The notes beneath the pieces are model-generated. The model searched no databases and was not told the DNA's origin. It saw only the letters and a program-made list of their open reading frames with translations. From Macrostomum lignano (Eukaryota): a DNA stretch of 64,000 nt. The stretch covers positions 63,402 through 127,401 of the forward strand of contig NIVC01002943.1 in the NCBI GenBank assembly GCA_002269645.1, given 5' to 3'. How positions within the stretch are numbered: the first letter of the stretch is position 1; every line of letters starts with the position of its first letter. Made by a program: the position numbers and the translations under genes. Below, piece after piece: positions 58,001-64,000 of the stretch.

Positions 58001-61000
58001 ATTAAGGATCCTCAAGGGCGGATTAAGGATCCTCAAGGGCGGATTAAGGATCCTCAAGGGCGGATTAAGGATCATCAAGGGCGGATTAAGGATCCTCAAG
58101 GGCGGATTAAGGATCCTCAAGGGCGGATTAAGGATCCTCAAGGGCGGATTAAGGATCCTCAAGGGCGGATTAAGGATCCTCAAGGGCGGATGTAGGATTC
58201 TAAAAGGCGGATTTAGGATTTTAAGGGGCGGATTCAGGATTTCCAAGAGCGGATGTAGGCCCCTTAAGGGCGGATGTAGGATTCTTAGAGGCGGTTTTAT
58301 GATTCCCAAGGGCGGAAACCCTCACCTGGCAACCAGGCCCTCCGGCAGCTCGAACAAACGACTCTTCAACGCCACGTAGAACTGCCTCAGTTCGTCTTCG
58401 CTTTTCAACGAGAAGTCGGCCAGAAAGCCGGACAGCTGAGTGAAGCAGTTGGCCGAAAATGCCACGTGACGCTGCAGCCGTTTGGCCGGGGTTCGCTCGG
58501 TTGGCGAGGCCGAGCACAGACAGTTCTTGGCCAGGTTGCGCAGCTGGTCTAGGTGCTGCCGCCGCCGCTGCTGCTGAGGCTGCGGATCCGGCAGCTTCGA
58601 GCATCTGACGGCGTCGATGGCGTCGCAGATGTCGAGGGCGGTGCGGCCCAGGCAGTACAGATCGAAGGAGTCGCGTCTGTCGGCGCTGAACACGTAGGCC
58701 TGCATGGCGGGGGATGGAGATCAGTGTGTTTTTCAAGTCCTCGCTGCGCTACTGCTAGTAGGATGGTACAGAATTTAACTGTAGTTTTTTGTTATAGACA
58801 ACAGATACTACATGTAAGTGTTACAATAACTAGATCGGCCACTCGGCACGTGTGCGTGTAAGCTACTTGCAGTTCAGTAGTAAGTTAAACAGAAGCATGT
58901 TGATGTATTTTTAAAGCCAAGGCTCATTTTATTGGCTCTTACCCTTTCCACACTACCCCCGCGCCCCGTCCCAATTTTATTGCCTTTCTCGGAATTCCAG
59001 CCTAAAGCTGCCATGTACATTTCAGTTGATTGGCTAATGTACATTATGGCTGAACCAATTAGCAAGTTGCCTACGCCTGCAAGCTTGGGCTTCTTATTAA
59101 AAATCATTTCAGCTGACTTTATTTTTGTAAAATAGTTTATGTATTCTTTTTTGCTACTGAACTGAAAGTAGGCTGTTTAGCATATATATGCGTAGCGTAG
59201 ATTATAAAGTAGCAGCAGCGCTATCATACGATGTTGTTGCCACAGGCTTTAACATGTTGTTCAGGTCAGGGGTAATTTTTGTCAGGTGTCGCGTTTTGGT
59301 CAGGAATAATTTTGATCAGGGGTGGAACATCAGTTTTTCTCGAATAGTTCTCGAGCATGAAGCTTTGAGTTCAGTTTGAGTTATGAATTTTAGCTAAATT
59401 TTACTCTTGCTGAATAAAAAACAAGCAGTTTTCGCATAATTTTTGTTAATAATTAGCGAAAAGTCAAACCCGGAAATAACGCGATAAAAAATGTTGTGTT
59501 TTACACTATAATAGCCTATTGACACTTAAAACGAGCCACCAACCTCGTCCCTATCGATTGCGCAATCGCCCAGTCGAGTTCGCACTGTCTTCAGCGCATC
59601 AGCTGACATCTGGTCGAATGGTCGGCATAGCTCGAAACCGCCCAGCTTCCACTGGCCCTGGCTGGTGCAGAACAGACTGCGCTGGCACACATTATTGTGG
59701 GACAGCTGCGCCTGCGGCAGGGGTGGATTGGAGCGGATTCTACATTTTCCTGTTTGGGGGCGATTCTTGTGGCCATTTTATGGCAATTTTAGAGCGATTC
59801 TTGTGAAAAGTTTGTGGCGATTTTGGGGCGATTTTTGTGACCAGTTTTGTGCGTTTCTTGCGACCACTTTGGGGTGATTTATAATTTTTGTGATGAGTTT
59901 GGGGCGATTATTGTGACCAGTTTGTGACAAGTTTCAGGCGATTCTCGTGACGAGTTTGGGGCGATTTTTGTGACCAGTTTGGGGCGATTCTTGTGACCAG
60001 TTTGGTGCGTTTCTTGTGACCAATTTGGGGCGATTCTTGTGACGAGTTTGGGGAAATTTTTGTGACCAGTTTGTGACAAGTTTCAGGCGATTCTCGTGAC
60101 GAGTTTGGGGCGATTTTTGTGACCAGTTTGGGATGGTTCTTGGGACCAATTTGAGGCGATTCTTGTGACCAATTTGGGGCAATTCTTGTGACCAATTTGG
60201 GGCGATTCTTGTGACCAATTTGGGGCAATTCTTGTGACCAATTTGGGGCGATTCTTGTGACCAGTTTGGGGCGATTCTTGTGACCAGTTTGGGGCGATTC
60301 TTGTGACCAGTTTGGGGCGATTCTTGTGACCAGTTTGGGGCGATTCTTGTGACCAGTTTGGGGCGATTCTTGTGACTAATTTGGGGCGATTCTTGTGACC
60401 AGTTTGAGGCGATTCTTGTGACCAGTTTGAGGCGATTCTTGTGACCAGTTTGGGGCGATTCTTGTGACCAGTTTGGGGCGATTCTTGTGACCAGTTTGGG
60501 GCGATTCTTGTGACCAGTTTGGGGCGATTCTTGTGACCAGTTTGGGGAAATTTTTGTGACCAGTTTGTGACAAGTTTCAGGCGATTCTCGTGACGAGTTT
60601 GGGGCGATTTTTGTGACCAGTTTGGGATGGTTCTTGGGACCAATTTGAGGCGATTCTTGTGACCAATTTGGGGCAATTCTTGTGACCAATTTGGGGCGAT
60701 TCTTGTGACCAATTTGGGGCAATTCTTGTGACCAATTTGGGGCGATTCTTGTGACCAGTTTGGGGCGATTCTTGTGACCAGTTTGGGGCGATTCTTGTGA
60801 CCAGTTTGGGGCGATTCTTGTGACCAGTTTGGGGCGATTCTTGTGACCAGTTTGGGGCGATTCTTGTGACCAGTTTGAGGCGATTCTTGTGACCAGTTTG
60901 AGGCGATTCTTGTGACCAGTTTGAGGCGATTCTTGTGACCAGTTTGGGGCGATTCTTGTGACCAGTTTGGGGCGATTCTTGTGACCAGTTTGGGGCGATT

Positions 61001-62354
61001 CTTGTGACCAATTTGGGGCGATTCTTGTGACGAGTTTGGGCGATTTTCGCAAATTTAGGACGATTCTTAAGGCGATTCTTGTGAAAAGTTCTTAAACAAT
61101 TAACTGGTTCTTAGAAGTTTCTGGGACAATCCTTCCTGAGGGATTTCAATTCATGAGGGTGAGGTCAGTTTTCACAGCAAGCTGGTGGAACCAACTGTAG
61201 CATGCAGGAAGGCCAGAGCAGAGCAGATGCTGTGGACGCCCTGAACTGCTTCATCTGGGTAGAGGTCAGGCAGGTAATCCTCCAATGGTGACACCAGCTC
61301 GGTGACGATTCCCGTTAGCCAGGACTGCCGTATTGAGTCCAGGAACTTCACTATAGAAGGGTGGCGCACCGATTTGAGTACCTGCGGTTTTTCAATGGAA
61401 AAAATTTAGTCATTAGACTATGACTGAGCTGGGCTAAGCAAGGTTCACTGACTCCAAATTGAAATACTTGTCTAAATTTTAAACTCTTATTAGTTGCTAC
61501 TTATTAATAAAAATATTTAATCTTATTAGTTAGGTAGTATATAAAATTTAATATAATTTGATTCTCCAATGGCTTATGAACAAGTAAAGTCTAAGTCAAA
61601 TGTATTTCAATTTTCAAATTTAAATAAGATAATAATTACTAAATTTTTTCATAAAAATATGTTCTAATTATATAATATATATTATATATTTTTAATTTTT
61701 TTAATCTCAATATAATAAAAAGTATATTTAATAATATTTTTATAAATATTAACTGATATGGCTAACTTACCTAACTAGCTACATTTTATAGATATTTTCA
61801 TCAGTCTACTATTGAAACTAGTAAGTATACATCACAAGCCTATATCTTAGATTATATAAAATTCAATATATCTAAGCTAAGTGGGTTGATCTATTGGTTT
61901 AATGTGTATCTCCTCCTAGATGGCTGGCAACTCAAAATCTCAAATGTGAAACTTATATGTATCAAAGCAAAATTTTCCTCTGTAACAAAATTTTTATGTT
62001 GAAAATTTCAAAATTTATTTCATATAAATGTAACAAACCTTCTTTATTTCATAATAAATCACACTTTATTTTGATTTTTCTTTTATATTAATAACAATGA
62101 TCAATATAACAATATTGATAGAATTTAAAATAACTTACAAGGGCATTACTGAAGCACTCATTTGCAATTGCTTCTTCGTTGCTTTTATATATGAAGCATG
62201 TCAAAGATGAGTTTATATGGGAAGACTTAACAAATTTATGATTAGCTTCAGTAACATGGAATGTTGAATACTCAATGCTGTAGCTTCCAAACTTGTGAGT
62301 CTGCATATCATTAAAAGCAAACTCTGAGGCACTAACTGAAACATCGTTACCCAT
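55087..62354 (-). CDS. SCYL3: SCY1-like pseudokinase 3 (PACE-1), 7 exons, ~760 aa
   Basis: Exons 62354-62139, 61381-61196, 59711-59544, 58699-58326, 57877-57623, 56535-56110, 55744-55087 (2283 nt). MGN start (myristoylation-type), LKSVRHPSIVKFL..VTELVSPLE..ALAFLH, LSHNNVCQRSLF..GQWKLGGFE, HEAT-like middle, acidic disordered tail with EFLAELEP and W-x-D motifs. Confidence 0.88.
55747..56085. repeat. 31-bp minisatellite (ccacacccaaacccatacccaatccggaatc), SCYL3 intron 6
   Basis: Direct reading, 8 aatccggaa markers. Confidence 0.95.
56608..57605. repeat. 21-bp minisatellite (cctcatttcccattcctaaat), SCYL3 intron 5
   Basis: Direct reading. Confidence 0.96.
57905..58315. repeat. 21-bp minisatellite (aggatcctcaagggcggatta), SCYL3 intron 4
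   Basis: Direct reading. Confidence 0.95.
59750..61090. repeat. 23-bp minisatellite (ttcttgtgaccagtttggggcga), SCYL3 intron 2
   Basis: Direct reading; variant block repeated at ~60050 and ~60545. Confidence 0.95.
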
Positions 62355-62974
62355 ATCTTTAAAACGTATGCTTTATCTGCGTACTTTTGTAAAAATTAGT
62401 TTAAATAATTACGGTGGTGTTACTTCATAAGTTCATCCATCATGTCATACCAGAAAAAAGACAATAAAAAGATATACTGTGCTAGTTTATGCACATGATA
62501 CACAAAACATGCCTATAAATAGTAAGCTATCGCGTTCGCCCCAACTACAAGCTATGAATGAATATACTGCTTAGCATTAAACATGCCATACAGAGAAGTA
62601 ACTGCCTATAACTGGAGTGCTTTGCAATAAAAACTTATTTGCTAATCAAATAGTGAAGTCAGTTCATGAAATTCGTTTCTTAGACATTTTTCTTTTTATT
62701 TTCGTAGGTAAAATATTAGTTAACATAACAAAAGCAACACAACTAGAATCAACTTTAAGAACTGTGTTTAAGTTTTCTAATCATGGGCTAAGTGTTTTAT
62801 AAATTACTAAATGCGCCACGTTAAGTAATTATTTTGTTGTAAATTGAAGTTGCTTACATTATCGTAGCAACAAAGCTTTAATTTTAAAATTCTTATCGCA
62901 AAAAATTTAATATTTTTTGTCACTTTGTGGTATACACTTTTTCAGGATATCAGCAACTTTTTTCTGTAGAGATC
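62355..62974. promoter_or_regulatory. Putative bidirectional promoter between head-to-head SCYL3 and AK8
   Basis: 620-bp AT-rich spacer between divergent ATGs. Confidence 0.5.
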
Positions 62975-63672
62975 ATGGATCAGACCGCAAAACCTCTTCA
63001 GATTCCGCCAACCTTTGCTCTTTATGCAGAGAAGCACAACTTGTTCGACTTGTACCATGTAAGTCGCTATCTAATGGGCATACCGTTTCATCAGTCTGTT
63101 GGCAAAGACAAAACTATACAAAAGTTAGTGAAACATTGTCCTTGCCAAATCTCTGCTAGGAAAAAATAAAACAAAAATGGCTTAAAAGAAGTAGAAAACT
63201 TTGTTGTTAACGGGAAGCTAATAAGCGTTATATAATACGCGAAATAGAACTTAGCATTAGCAATTGTATGATTTTATCATGTGTGTGTCATCACAGTATT
63301 ACTTAGCTCGTAGTCTTTCTAGCTGGGCGAGTGAGTGACTGAGCATTCCATTCTCGTTTCAGCCTCGGTTTCAAGGCACATTCAGACCTCCTGAACTATT
63401 TTTCTCACTATGGTTTTTTCCAGGATCTGATTTCGCAGCTGCTGATTCATAAGCCGGCAGATCCACTGCAGTTTTTAATTGAATCCCTGGAGAAGGACAA
63501 TGCTCGTGTGAGCACCGTCATGGTACTTGGACCTCCAGCCTCTGGCAAGCACACCATCGGCAAGATGCTGGCCGGTCGGCTGCGCTGCCCGCACCTAACT
63601 ATGCAGAATATGATCCCGGAGGTGGACCGCAAACTGAGACAGAAGGCTGAGTTCTACCTGGCGGAGAAGCAG
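62975..63672 (+). CDS. AK8: Adenylate kinase 8, first two exons (gene continues beyond window)
   Basis: Exons 62975-63058 and 63424-63672 give MDQTAKPLQIPPTFALYAEKHNLFDLYH|DLISQLLIHKPADPLQFLIESL..VMVLGPPASGKHTIGKML: an RIIa/Dpy30-like docking helix followed by the AK P-loop. Confidence 0.88.
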
Positions 63673-63707
63673 GTAGGGCCTTCACATTGAAATGAACGGG
63701 TTTCCGG

Positions 63708-64000
63708 AGCCAATAAATTAGAATTCTGAGCCAATCAATTAGAACTCAGAGTCAATCCATTAGAATTCGGAGCCAATCCACTAAAATTCGGAGCCAATCA
63801 ATTAGAACTCAGAGTCAATCCATTAGAATTCGGAGACAATCAATTAGAATTCGGAAACAATCAATTAGAATTCGTAGCCAATCAGTTAGAATTCGGAGAC
63901 AATCAATTAGAATTCGGAGCCAATCAATTATATTTCGGAGCCAATCAATTAGAATTCGAAGCCAATCAGTTAGAACTCAAAGTCAATCAATTAGAACTCA
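63708..64000. repeat. 21-bp minisatellite (caatcaattagaattcggagc), AK8 intron 2
   Basis: Direct reading; runs to the window edge. Confidence 0.9.

Overview
Eukaryotic (metazoan) genomic DNA with GC-rich exons and about 30 different tandem-repeat arrays. The style resembles a free-living flatworm such as Macrostomum; this is inference from sequence style only. Ten protein-coding genes were reconstructed by hand from GT-AG junctions, and all nine complete models translate without frameshift. They are a SoxF/E-like HMG factor (+), a calmodulin-like EF-hand protein (+), ATP synthase alpha (-), an OXA1-family insertase (-), PEX1 (-), a double sarcoplasmic-Ca-binding-type EF-hand protein (+), an intronless Myb/SANT-like protein (+), TLCD5/TMEM136 (-), SCYL3 (-) and the 5' end of AK8 (+). 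Most long ORFs in the supplied track are minisatellite read-through artefacts. Most notable: (1) every complete intron over ~900 bp is filled with minisatellite, and some repeat cores recur in unrelated genes; (2) one intronic array is a run of 3'ss|5'ss (CAG|GT) junctions, and another is a run of G-quadruplex modules fused to a 3' splice site; (3) TACATGTA is strongly over-represented and in one case appears as a TA->TACATGTA insertion inside a repeat unit; (4) tight same-strand gene clusters and splice acceptors just before ATGs suggest SL trans-splicing or operons; (5) AT-rich 5' exons contrast with GC-rich 3' exons within single genes. Repeat boundaries are approximate and no database searches were run.
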